A stretch of DNA of 64,000 bases from an uncultured Aliarcobacter sp. GTDB lineage: Bacteria; Campylobacterota; Campylobacteria; Campylobacterales; Arcobacteraceae. Below, piece by piece: positions 19,801-27,803 of this stretch. Position 1 is the first letter of the stretch. The number at the start of each line of letters is the position of its first letter. Position numbers and translations under genes: made by a program. Below the pieces are notes generated by a model that saw only the letters and a list, made by a program, of their open reading frames with translations, had not been told where the DNA came from and ran no database searches. The DNA is taken from positions 864,001-928,000 of the forward strand of contig CAXXLV010000002.1 of the NCBI GenBank assembly GCA_963664305.2. Direction: 5' to 3'.

Positions 19801-20224
19801 AGAAGCTGTTTATTTTATTTCTGGTTATGAGCAAGAAGATAATATAGATATATTTATAAAATGTGCTGAAAAAGGAGAAATTTTTCAATTTTTTGACTGG
19901 GAAGAGTTTTCGTTAAGAAATTTAAGAAAAGACCCAAAAAATTTATCAAAATTTATATTGTTACAAGTTAGAAATAGAGAGAAAAGATTATTTACAGATG
20001 AAAGCAATCTAAAAAAAATTTTAAATAATTATTATGAAGATAAAAAATTCTTTAATAATTTAGATGCAACAGTTCAATTTATAATTCTGAAATTATTAAA
20101 TATAGACATTGATAAAAATATTACGGATAAATGTTTTGAATTGATGAGTACAATGAATAAAAAAGACCAAGAAATAATGTATAATCATTTATTTGAGCAT
20201 TTAAATCCATACTATCTTTTATAA
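16889..20224 (+). CDS. NACHT-domain STAND NTPase (bacterial NLR-like, probable antiphage)
   Basis: Walker A GDPGSGKS, Walker B LLDGLDE, VTSR, NPLL, FVHLTFEEYLAA winged-helix motif, long helical C-terminus. Confidence 0.88.
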   Translation: MGIFDSLILPYTLGIFVNKSSDKLNSIFKNNENLLKKLFVKSFIQTIENSKVGYFSTNSIFDNLIKKIEKNDEKLFFLIENESLSKNENFLNLIKNPEFSNTFIEKLFKEYSLDTKNIDKDSLLGNSLKNLLNNYEIIFFQNLSVDTSLSLIFKEVLKIKNLSQTLNSIAEKITEFDEVRKILTKDYLINNIDYSKSREVYDSYLLRKYEFLELAGFSPKISGKDIFMKLSDVFIPLMIEGNDSSEIRLTSKEAIENILNSKHKSLVILGDPGSGKSTLLKYIASFISSNRSLDWLYQDTMPLLIKVSEYAEWYKTYNKNLFEYIKDLDSQYKNIFIENLECSNLLILLDGLDEVTDSSIRNKIVNNIIDLKARYPFNRYIVTSRIIGYRESSLSGHFQESRLQDFSENDIKQFSNQWYKSIAQSEISSKSDITEFEISEINTKYNNLAKELFSSISRNSSVIKFAKNPLLMTIIVMIFFQSKKLPNKRVELYEIATETFLDNWVRVRFEENSKFKDKGIMLEILPHIAFEIHSGNDKGLIHEELFKKEFIELYREINGVDLNLAKKEFIEFKEFLEKYTGFFYRKDLDGSLYGFVHLTFEEYLAALELKSKWDLKTLKLEDYVFDSRWSEVIRLAIANLKISNRAISGRVKATEFIKDILKVNDSYPKLHRLFQLVLLIFIDDVEINNELKEEIITKFFFLLEEHTEISLLDTLTKIFGEINYSIYNNDFFERIKEILKSSKNKNLLTNIFYLLINNTDKKEIEIFIYEILNEYGNQKYFFEAIYNIDYKLLKKVKLEKAFLIKNWVELINKKEFSESYVESITPKLSKFLLSNKSNSSSIIKTTIIDFFIEIFNLIKNSDYENIFYKLIMREMHAFGRNNIKLTILDKINNKPIKKKLKEMLTLAKKIEEKEIDHTSFRMGAYFKNYLLIKSDEKSTITDLRNLEKIYIDKNLLIDIKNNTAKYPEEFIEAVYFISGYEQEDNIDIFIKCAEKGEIFQFFDWEEFSLRNLRKDPKNLSKFILLQVRNREKRLFTDESNLKKILNNYYEDKKFFNNLDATVQFIILKLLNIDIDKNITDKCFELMSTMNKKDQEIMYNHLFEHLNPYYLL

Positions 20225-20570
20225 AGAGACTGTTCAGAGTTTTGTGTCAGTAACTGATAGTTCCTAGAATTTTAGCATAGTTAATCTTACTAATCCTAAT
20301 TTGCTCCAAAAAGTACAGGTTGTTGAACTTTCGTATATTAGTAACAATTTATCCATTATTTTCTGTGTCTTGCATTTTACTGACATATCAATATTATAAA
20401 TAGAAACATCATAATAGTTTTTATTTTTAGTATATATAGTAAATTTATCTAAAATTAAATTTATATCAGAACTATTAACTACTTTTTCCTCAAGAAGTTT
20501 ATTATTACTCTTTAATACAGCTTCTCAAAGTTTTTCAATCAGTTTTTTTTAATCATTAATATCCCTCATA

Positions 20571-22154
20571 TTAAAATTTATTATAAAAGTATTCATCATA
20601 TTCACTTTTAAGCTCTTCAAAGTTACTTTTGTCTTCAGGGACATCGACCATTTTACCACCTCTTCCATACGCTGGAATTTTTAATCTGTTAAAAAATAAG
20701 CTATCATATTTGATTGCTGTTGTTCTGAAAAAGTTATATTCTTTTTTACTATTATTTTTAGCAGATAGTAAAACACCCGTCATAACAGCTTCTTTAAATG
20801 TTTCTCCTAATTTTCCAATTCCCTGTTCAACACATTTTTTACAATATTCTAATGCTTCTTTTGGTTTATTGTCAAAAATAAAGTAACGAGTTTTTAAAAA
20901 ACATATATATTGATCTGTATCATCCTTTTTAAATTCACTTTCTAACTTCTTGAAAATCTCATGGCATTCTGTTTTGTCATACAGAGTTTTCTCTTTTTTT
21001 ATATCTAAATGTTCAAAGAACAGCTTAATCAGTAACTTACTACTAGCTGATTCTATAGGTTGTTCAATATTGTCTTTTTGTGAATTCATTTCATTCCATA
21101 AACCAACATATTCATTTTGAGGTTTAGTTTTATTAAAATATAATACAGGAAGATTTGTTTCAATATATTTCATGCAATCTGTTTCAGACAAATTGTAAAA
21201 TAAACTATTTCTCTCAAGTACTTTTTTTATCAATTTATAGGGAGTAATATAATCTCTTTTTACAACTTTTTGAAGCCATACAAAATAATCATCAAAATAA
21301 TGATTTCGATTTATTATATTAGGATTAATATGATTTAAAAGCTCAGTATAAATTCTATATTCAGTTTCTTGAATATCAAAAAATGATGTCAATGAAATTG
21401 AATAAAACTCTAATAAGCAGAAATAGTGTTCTACAAGAATTTCTATTTCCTTGTAATTAAAAGTATTTTCAAGTTCTTTATGAATAGATTGAAAAAGCTT
21501 TGAAAAAAGTGCTAAATTATGTAGATTAAGGTGGGGTGCCTTGTTGCAATCTTTTAAATATTGAATTAGTTTTTGAAGGTGTTCTTTCTTAGGAATAGTT
21601 TGTTCTTTTAAATCAAGCCAACTGTCTATTAACTTTCTTACACTATCATAGCCTTTATCATAGTTTTCATCTTTTTCGTACTTATCTATTAAATATTTTT
21701 TTATATCTTGCTGACAGATGTTTCTTTCTGCCCAAACTAAAAATTTTTGAAAAGACTTTTTTACTTCATCGGGTTTTATTTGTCTTAATATAATTAAATG
21801 CTTGTCAAACACATATGAGCTGAATAAAGCAAGAAATGGAATAACGATGTCCTTTGCTAATAAAAAGTCTAATTGTTTTTGTGTGGTATGGTACGATTCA
21901 ATATATTGAGTAAAGCATTTATAAATTTCAATAAAATTTTCTAACAAGTATTTAAAATGTTCTTTAGAATTATCTTGGAATTCTATTGATTCTAGAATAT
22001 TATTTATTAAATTATCGAAAACATAAGTATTCTTTTCTACTTTTTGAGATTCATTTTTTATATATCTCTCAATAGTTTTTCTATTAAATTTTACATCTAT
22101 TGCTTTTAAATACCAATCAAAAATCTCTTCAATACTTCTAATTTTTCCATGCAT
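20571..22154 (-). CDS. Hypothetical protein, 527 aa, possible C-terminal TPR-like helices
   Basis: Long ORF divergent from the micro-peptide operon; no family recognised. Confidence 0.75.
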   Translation of the reverse strand: MHGKIRSIEEIFDWYLKAIDVKFNRKTIERYIKNESQKVEKNTYVFDNLINNILESIEFQDNSKEHFKYLLENFIEIYKCFTQYIESYHTTQKQLDFLLAKDIVIPFLALFSSYVFDKHLIILRQIKPDEVKKSFQKFLVWAERNICQQDIKKYLIDKYEKDENYDKGYDSVRKLIDSWLDLKEQTIPKKEHLQKLIQYLKDCNKAPHLNLHNLALFSKLFQSIHKELENTFNYKEIEILVEHYFCLLEFYSISLTSFFDIQETEYRIYTELLNHINPNIINRNHYFDDYFVWLQKVVKRDYITPYKLIKKVLERNSLFYNLSETDCMKYIETNLPVLYFNKTKPQNEYVGLWNEMNSQKDNIEQPIESASSKLLIKLFFEHLDIKKEKTLYDKTECHEIFKKLESEFKKDDTDQYICFLKTRYFIFDNKPKEALEYCKKCVEQGIGKLGETFKEAVMTGVLLSAKNNSKKEYNFFRTTAIKYDSLFFNRLKIPAYGRGGKMVDVPEDKSNFEELKSEYDEYFYNKF

Positions 22155-22233
22155 AAAAAGTTGTCCAGCCTAATTCCTATCTTAAATTAACATATTGTGA
22201 CACAATTTCAATTAAATTTTTAAGGAGGAAGAT

Positions 22234-22374
22234 ATGGCAAACAATAACCATAAAGGAAATCAAGGAAATTCAAATAAAGGTACTAACGGCACAAATAGTG
22301 TTTATTCAAAAGTACATGGAAATAGGGGAACTCAATTGAATCCTAACAACCCAAAAGGTTCAAAAGGAAAATAA
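22234..22374 (+). CDS. 46-aa Asn/Gly-rich micro-protein
   Basis: Not in ORF track; RBS AAGGAGG; MANNNHKGNQGNSNKGTNGTNSVYSKVHGNRGTQLNPNNPKGSKGK; TAA overlaps HicA ATG; paralogous to N-terminus of 22994-23272. Confidence 0.75.
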   Translation: MANNNHKGNQGNSNKGTNGTNSVYSKVHGNRGTQLNPNNPKGSKGK

Positions 22375-22604
22375 TGGCTTCTATATCTAATATAACTGGA
22401 AAAGAGTTAATATCATATGTAAATTCAATTGGTTATAGGTTTGAAAGATTAAACAATGGTAATCACAGAGTGTATAAGCATGAAGATAAAAAGACATTAA
22501 TTATTCCAGTGTATAAGAAGAAGTTAGTAAAGTTAGGTTTACTCTGTAGCATATTAAAAGATATCGGAGTTTCAAAAATAGAGTTTATTAACTCTATTAA
22601 TTAA
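22374..22604 (+). CDS. HicA-family mRNA interferase toxin-like protein
   Basis: GKELI..L/V..IGY, GNH (GSH-like), IIPV, LGLLCSILKDIG pattern; 76 aa. Confidence 0.75.
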   Translation: MASISNITGKELISYVNSIGYRFERLNNGNHRVYKHEDKKTLIIPVYKKKLVKLGLLCSILKDIGVSKIEFINSIN

Positions 22605-22621
22605 ATATAAAAGGAAAAAGA

Positions 22622-22744
22622 ATGTCTAGAGACTATAATGATTTATGGAGTGATATAAATAATCCAAATAATGATGCCAATATGGATGATTGGGCAGATG
22701 CTCATAATGACAACAATGATTATAATGATGAAGATGATCATTAA
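22622..22744 (+). CDS. 40-aa acidic Asp/Asn-rich micro-protein
   Basis: Not in ORF track; RBS AAAGGA; MSRDYNDLWSDINNPNNDANMDDWADAHNDNNDYNDEDDH. Confidence 0.6.
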   Translation: MSRDYNDLWSDINNPNNDANMDDWADAHNDNNDYNDEDDH

Positions 22745-22887
22745 ATAAATTACATAATGCTCACTTTTGTAGCTTTATGTAACAATAGAAGGGTACATCC
22801 TATTTCAAATAATACTTACAATATAGAGCATATGATGGATAAATACACCAAAAGAATTGTTAAAACAATTAAGAAACATAGATTAAC

Positions 22888-22958
22888 TAATAACAAGTAC
22901 GTGGAACACAATATGAAGCTTTACCTTTGCTTTATATTACTAACGGCAAATGTTAGGT
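22888..22958 (+). other. attC-like site 1 (degenerate)
   Basis: TAATAAC...central stem aatatgaagc/gctttatatt...GTTAGGT, 71 bp. Confidence 0.5.
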
Positions 22959-22993
22959 GTTAAGCCAACCAACACATGAAAGGAGACAACTCA

Positions 22994-23272
22994 ATGTCAA
23001 AACATATCAAAACAAGTGATAATTCTACTAATCAGCAAAATCCCAACAAAGGAACTCCTGGCACAAATAAGCAGTATGATCAGAATCAAGGGAATAGAGG
23101 CAAACAAATGAATCCAAATCAAAAAACTGTTATATCCCCGAGTGAAAGTGATACACCAGAACAAAGAATGGCAAAGGCAAAAATCTGGCTTACACTTGAC
23201 CCTTATACTGCATTTGAACTTTTTCCAGAACTTCGTGATGAATATAATGAAGATGAATATTTGTTTGATTGA
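22994..23272 (+). CDS. Hypothetical protein with N/G/Q-rich N-terminus; putative integron gene cassette
   Basis: AAGGAG RBS before ATG 22994 (ORF track starts 22976); NKGTPGTNKQY..NQGNRGKQMNPN; flanked by two attC-like sites. Confidence 0.75.
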   Translation: MSKHIKTSDNSTNQQNPNKGTPGTNKQYDQNQGNRGKQMNPNQKTVISPSESDTPEQRMAKAKIWLTLDPYTAFELFPELRDEYNEDEYLFD

Positions 23273-23294
23273 TAGTGAACAATCAAAGCAGAAG

Positions 23295-23366
23295 ATCCAA
23301 CAAATCAGAGGAGACTAACCAAAAAACTGTCTGCGGCTTTTTGATTGCTTATTTTAAACGTTAAGT
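23295..23366 (+). other. attC-like site 2
   Basis: R'' ATCCAAC (RYYYAAC), stem aaccaaaaa/tttttgatt, R' GTTAAGT (GTTRRRY), 72 bp, just after the ORF stop. Confidence 0.6.
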
Positions 23367-23529
23367 TACTAAACCTCTAGATTTTGGAACAAAATTAGAA
23401 AATCTAACTTATTGGCTTTATAACCTTTGTTTAGAGATATAATTTGTTCCAAAAAGTGTTCAAGAAGTAGAATTTAGTGATTCTCTCAAATCCTAAGGAC
23501 TTTTTGAACAACAAAAATCACTTTTTAAG

Positions 23530-24732
23530 TCATAAGTTTAAAGATTCATCTAGTCTGCCCTCAAATAATATTGCCAACTGTGAAATAGTTAGCGACCAAT
23601 TCCAAATAGGCATAGTCCATTTTTTAGAAGCATTCTGAATACCCATATACAAAAGTTTGAGAAGACTATTTTCATTTGGGAAAGCACCTTTAGTTTTAGT
23701 AAGTTTTCTAAACTGTCTGTGAACTGATTCAATAATATTAGTAGTGTAGATGATGCGTCTTATCTCTTCAGGATATTTAAAATATGCAGATAGATGTTCC
23801 CATTTGTTCCTCCACGACTTAATTACAATAGGATATTTTTTGCCCCACTTAGACTCAAGGTTGTCAAGTTCCATTTCAGCAGCTTCTTTGGAGATAGCTT
23901 GATAGATAATCTTCAAATCTTTCATAAACTCTTTTTGGTTTTTAGAAGCTACATAGCGTATTGAATTTCTAATTTGATGTACGATACACAATTGAACTTC
24001 AGTATTTGGAAATATTGCATTTATAGCTTCTGGAAACCCTTTTAATCCATCAACAGATGCAATAAGTATATCTTCTACACCTCTATTATTTAAATCAGTT
24101 AAAACCTGTAGCCAGAAGTTAGCTCCCTCATTTTCTGAAAGGTATAAACCTAATATCTCTTTTTTGCCATTTAGTCCAACACCAAGAATAGTATAAACTG
24201 CTTTTGAAATATATCTACCATTATCTTTAATTTTATAGTGTATAGCATCAAGCCATACAAATGGATAGATTGATTCTAATGGTCTTTGTTGCCACTCTTT
24301 GAGCAATGGTATAACTTTGTCTGTAACAGCACTTATTGTTGCTTTAGAAAACTCAGTACCATATAACTCTTGAATATGTTCAGATATTTGAGAGTAGCTA
24401 TTACCAAGAGCATATAAAGATAAAATCTTTTGCTCTATATGGTCTGACATATGTGTTTGATGTTTTTTAACTATTTGAGGTTCATAAGAACCATTCCTAT
24501 CTCTTGGAACATCAAGTTCAAATTCTCCAACACTACTTTTCATAGTTTTAGTAGATTTACCGTTCTTACGGTTTTTATTTATCTCAGTAGTAAGATGTGA
24601 TTCAAGTTCTGCTTGTAATACAGCTTCAGTTAGTTGTTTGATAAGAGGAGCTAAAACTCCGTCCTTACCATCTATTTTTGCACCAGCTTTAATTTGTTCA
24701 AGTGCATCTGTTAAATCAAGTGTTTGATTCAT
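23530..24732 (-). CDS. IS256-family (Mutator-type DDE) transposase
   Basis: RKNG, PRDRNG, WLDAI, DGLKGF, QLCIVHQIRN, YTTNIIES motifs. Confidence 0.96.
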   Translation of the reverse strand: MNQTLDLTDALEQIKAGAKIDGKDGVLAPLIKQLTEAVLQAELESHLTTEINKNRKNGKSTKTMKSSVGEFELDVPRDRNGSYEPQIVKKHQTHMSDHIEQKILSLYALGNSYSQISEHIQELYGTEFSKATISAVTDKVIPLLKEWQQRPLESIYPFVWLDAIHYKIKDNGRYISKAVYTILGVGLNGKKEILGLYLSENEGANFWLQVLTDLNNRGVEDILIASVDGLKGFPEAINAIFPNTEVQLCIVHQIRNSIRYVASKNQKEFMKDLKIIYQAISKEAAEMELDNLESKWGKKYPIVIKSWRNKWEHLSAYFKYPEEIRRIIYTTNIIESVHRQFRKLTKTKGAFPNENSLLKLLYMGIQNASKKWTMPIWNWSLTISQLAILFEGRLDESLNL

Positions 24733-24906
24733 TGTTCAATCCTTTAGAATAAATTCTATCAGACTGACACAAAATTTCTAACTCTCCCTTTATAAACTAT
24801 GAGAGTTTATGCTCTAATTTCTTATTTTTAATAATAAAAAATTTTAGTGAGTTGATTTAATTATTAACTCACTAAAGTGAAATTTATATCACTAAAATAC
24901 TTTTTA

Positions 24907-26235
24907 TTAATCTCTTTCAAATCCTTTATCTTTATAATTAGTCTTTGTTAAACCAATTTTAGGTATTTTCTCTTTTATAAGTTCCTTTACTTTTTCAAAA
25001 TCAGCTGTTTTAAAATATGATGTTGCAAATACTTTAAATCTCTCATATTGATTAGCTTTCTCTTGTAGAATATCATTACTTTTTTCTAATTGTTCAACTT
25101 TACGATTAAGTTCTTCTTCTTTGCTCTTTGATTTTACGATGAAGCTATCTACACTTTCAGTCTGATAAATATATCGTTCTTCTTTTTTTAGTATTCCTTT
25201 TGAGATTGTAACTCTCTCTTTTAAAATTTTCCCTTTTACTGTTAATGTTATATCTCTTTCTTTTTGCTCCAGTTTAGTTAATTTTTCATTTTGAATATTT
25301 ATAGTCTTAACTTTTTCATCTATTAATTGTTTTAAATCTTCTAAACTTAGCTCTTTAAGTTCTAATTGCTGTTTTAAATCTTTATTTACTTGCTCTAGCT
25401 TTGCATACTCTGGTCTAGTTGCTTTTTGTTCTTTTAACTCTTCCCTTTGATTGTTTACAGCTAATTTTAATACTCTAAGCTTTTCTAAATATTCTTCTTT
25501 TTCTTTCATAACAGCTTTATACTCTTTATGACCTAATCTTTTTGCTTTGCTTCCATGTTCTCCTCTTTCCATTCCTAAGTGTTCAGCAACAATATCTTGA
25601 AGCTTTATAAGCTTAGTTCTGTTCATATGTTCTCTTCTATACATTTGTTGTCCAGTTTCTTTATCCAGAGTAAAAAAACTTATATGTGCATGATGATTTT
25701 TTCTAATTAGTTTTCCATCTTTTTCTTGACCTTCATCTTTATGAATTGCAACTTGAATTGTTTGAAATCCAGTTTCTTTTTCAATTTTTTTTGCGAGTTC
25801 TAAAATTTCATCTAACTTATGCTCTGTTTTTAAATTTACTATTGCTTCCCATAAAGTATTTTTTTTATCAGCTGTTTTATTTAATCCTTTTTCTAATCTA
25901 TTTTCTTTAGCTATTTTATACATTTCATTAAACTTTATTAATGCTTCTTTTGAGCCAATATTAAACTCATTATCTTTTGTATATTCTTCAAAGATTGTAT
26001 TAGCTTTTTTTTCTTCTTCTCTTGCATTATGTTTAAAACAATGGATATTTACTTTTTGAAAATTGATAGAAGATTTTGCAACTTTTTTACTAGAAGAACT
26101 TAATTTATTTTTTTCGCCCGCGAAATTATTTATAGTATTTTCATAATCATTTTTTGAAGTTTTAAATCCACCTTTTGGAGTTGGTGTTCCACTATTTTTT
26201 TCAAATTCATCTTCTAATTCATATTCAAAACTCAT
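24907..26235 (-). CDS. Relaxase / mobilization protein (HUH, Mob/Pre-like) with coiled-coil C-terminus
   Basis: HNAR, AIHKDEG, NHHAHISF HUH motif, LQDIVAEHLGMERG. Confidence 0.82.
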   Translation of the reverse strand: MSFEYELEDEFEKNSGTPTPKGGFKTSKNDYENTINNFAGEKNKLSSSSKKVAKSSINFQKVNIHCFKHNAREEEKKANTIFEEYTKDNEFNIGSKEALIKFNEMYKIAKENRLEKGLNKTADKKNTLWEAIVNLKTEHKLDEILELAKKIEKETGFQTIQVAIHKDEGQEKDGKLIRKNHHAHISFFTLDKETGQQMYRREHMNRTKLIKLQDIVAEHLGMERGEHGSKAKRLGHKEYKAVMKEKEEYLEKLRVLKLAVNNQREELKEQKATRPEYAKLEQVNKDLKQQLELKELSLEDLKQLIDEKVKTINIQNEKLTKLEQKERDITLTVKGKILKERVTISKGILKKEERYIYQTESVDSFIVKSKSKEEELNRKVEQLEKSNDILQEKANQYERFKVFATSYFKTADFEKVKELIKEKIPKIGLTKTNYKDKGFERD

Positions 26236-26269
26236 TAGAAAAACTCCTCCCTTTTTTATAAAAAGAATC

Positions 26270-26372
26270 TACCCTTGTGGTAGAAGCAACTAAATTACAA
26301 TTTCAATTGGATAGTGCGCACTATCCAATAGACTTAGTCTATTTATAGTTATACTCATATACCACAAGGGTA
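26270..26372. other. Putative oriT
   Basis: 13-bp IR (26270-26282/26360-26372) enclosing a perfect 24-bp palindrome attggatagtgc|gcactatccaat (26306-26329) and an 8-bp IR (26327-26343), directly upstream of the relaxase. Confidence 0.6.
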
Positions 26373-26374
26373 TA

Positions 26375-26402
26375 AAAAATAAAAGGGAGAAATTAATCTC
26401 CC
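26375..26402 (-). terminator. Intrinsic terminator of the xis-rep-virB6-virB5 operon
   Basis: Minus strand gggaga-ttaatt-tctccc hairpin followed by TTTTATTTTT. Confidence 0.65.
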
Positions 26403-26412
26403 AATTTTTACT

Positions 26413-26790
26413 TCACACATTTAATTCTCTCATGCTCTGCTCTGCATTTGATGTATTAAATTCTTCTTCTAAAATCTTCCCACTTTGAATATTCAAAAAA
26501 CCTTTCTTTGTTCTTGAAATCATTAATTCAACTTCTTTTCCAACAAGCTCTAAATTTCTAAAACAAATACTTTTATCCCTAGCACAATAATTTTCATTAT
26601 AAAATACACTACTTTTAAATCTGACATTATCAATTTTAAATGCAACAAATAAATTTGCACTTTTTCCCCAACACAACAAGTCAATTTTTGCAACTAATGG
26701 TTTTGATAAATCAAAATCTTTTAAATGATCATTATATGCTGATAAAATTGCACTTGTTTCATCATAATTAAATATTCTATTTGCTTTCAT
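26413..26790 (-). CDS. Hypothetical protein (element backbone)
   Basis: ORF with 4-bp overlap to the upstream gene. Confidence 0.7.
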   Translation of the reverse strand: MKANRIFNYDETSAILSAYNDHLKDFDLSKPLVAKIDLLCWGKSANLFVAFKIDNVRFKSSVFYNENYCARDKSICFRNLELVGKEVELMISRTKKGFLNIQSGKILEEEFNTSNAEQSMRELNV

Positions 26791-27782
26791 TTTACTCTCC
26801 CATTTAGTAACTCATCAATACTATTTCCTTTTGTGGATTTTATTAAGTTATCAATGTATTTTTCTGTTGAATCAGTAGCTTTACTTTTAACTGTATCTTT
26901 ACTACTTCCAAAGTTTTCTTTTTCATCAATTACTTTTTTCATATCAAATTTTGAATTTGATTTTTCATTGATTAAGTTCAGCGAAATTGCATAAAAAAAG
27001 TTCATTTGCATTTCATATTGAGCTTGTTGGACATTTAGCATTTCTAATAAAAATTGATTAGTTGTTTTTTGTTGTTTAACAACATCATTTTCACTATTAA
27101 TTTGATTTGCAAGTTGTTTTATTCTTTCCATCTTCTCTTTTCTCTCCTGTACAACTTGCTCATTCACAAAATAATCATTATAAATTTCCATAGGAGCAAG
27201 TAAGGCATATTTTTTTAATGCTTCTTGTTCTATTCCTTTTAACTTGATATATTCATTCAAATCTTGTACAGCTTTTTGATATGCAACATAATCATTATCT
27301 TCTATAGCTTTTAGAACTTTATCATTCAACTTTTGATATTTTTCATCTTCTTTATTGTCAAAAAGAGCTTTAAAATTGTCTTTCCATTTTTTTAAAACAT
27401 CATCTTTTAATGGCTCACTAATATTATGATTTTCTTTAAAAAATCTTTCTGCTCCCATATTACTTGCTCTTTCTGCCATACTCTCAAATTTTCTTTGAAT
27501 ACTGTTAATATTATTTACAAGTCCCATGATTTGTTTTTGTGGGTTGTAAATTCTTTCGCCCGCGTTAAACATTAAGTCGTTTGCTGTATTTAATGCTTCA
27601 TTTGCTTTATTTAAAACGCTTAACTGGTCTAAAGCTCCTTTGATTTGGTCATTCATTGCTTTAAGCTGTTTTGCGTAATATGTGTAAGAGGTTGGGTCTG
27701 TTACTGCCATTCCACCATATAATAAAGTATTATTTACGCTAAGGATTACTAAAAGAATTATCTTAATAAATTTTATTTTCAT
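26787..27782 (-). CDS. VirB5/TrbJ-like type IV secretion protein
   Basis: Signal peptide followed by GGMAVTDPT, Q-rich helical body, adjacent to VirB6. Confidence 0.65.
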   Translation of the reverse strand: MKIKFIKIILLVILSVNNTLLYGGMAVTDPTSYTYYAKQLKAMNDQIKGALDQLSVLNKANEALNTANDLMFNAGERIYNPQKQIMGLVNNINSIQRKFESMAERASNMGAERFFKENHNISEPLKDDVLKKWKDNFKALFDNKEDEKYQKLNDKVLKAIEDNDYVAYQKAVQDLNEYIKLKGIEQEALKKYALLAPMEIYNDYFVNEQVVQERKEKMERIKQLANQINSENDVVKQQKTTNQFLLEMLNVQQAQYEMQMNFFYAISLNLINEKSNSKFDMKKVIDEKENFGSSKDTVKSKATDSTEKYIDNLIKSTKGNSIDELLNGRVK

Positions 27783-27803
27783 GCTCGGTTCCTTTTTGTT
27801 TAT

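Larger units (their letters stand above)
20226..24788 (-). mobile_element. IS256-family element carrying passenger genes (4563 bp)
   Basis: 26-bp imperfect TIRs (20226-20251 and 24763-24788, 19/26, inner 12 perfect), 8-bp TSD TTTATAAA at 20218-20225 and 24789-24796, single transposase. Confidence 0.88.

Noticed and set aside
20270..20569. Possible minus-strand gene after the 527-aa ORF (MRDIND...)
   Set aside because: Needs a frameshift and has an internal stop; no recognisable family, so not called
22757..22963. 68-aa ORF
   Set aside because: No clear RBS and it reads through attC-like site 1; probably spurious or a truncated cassette end
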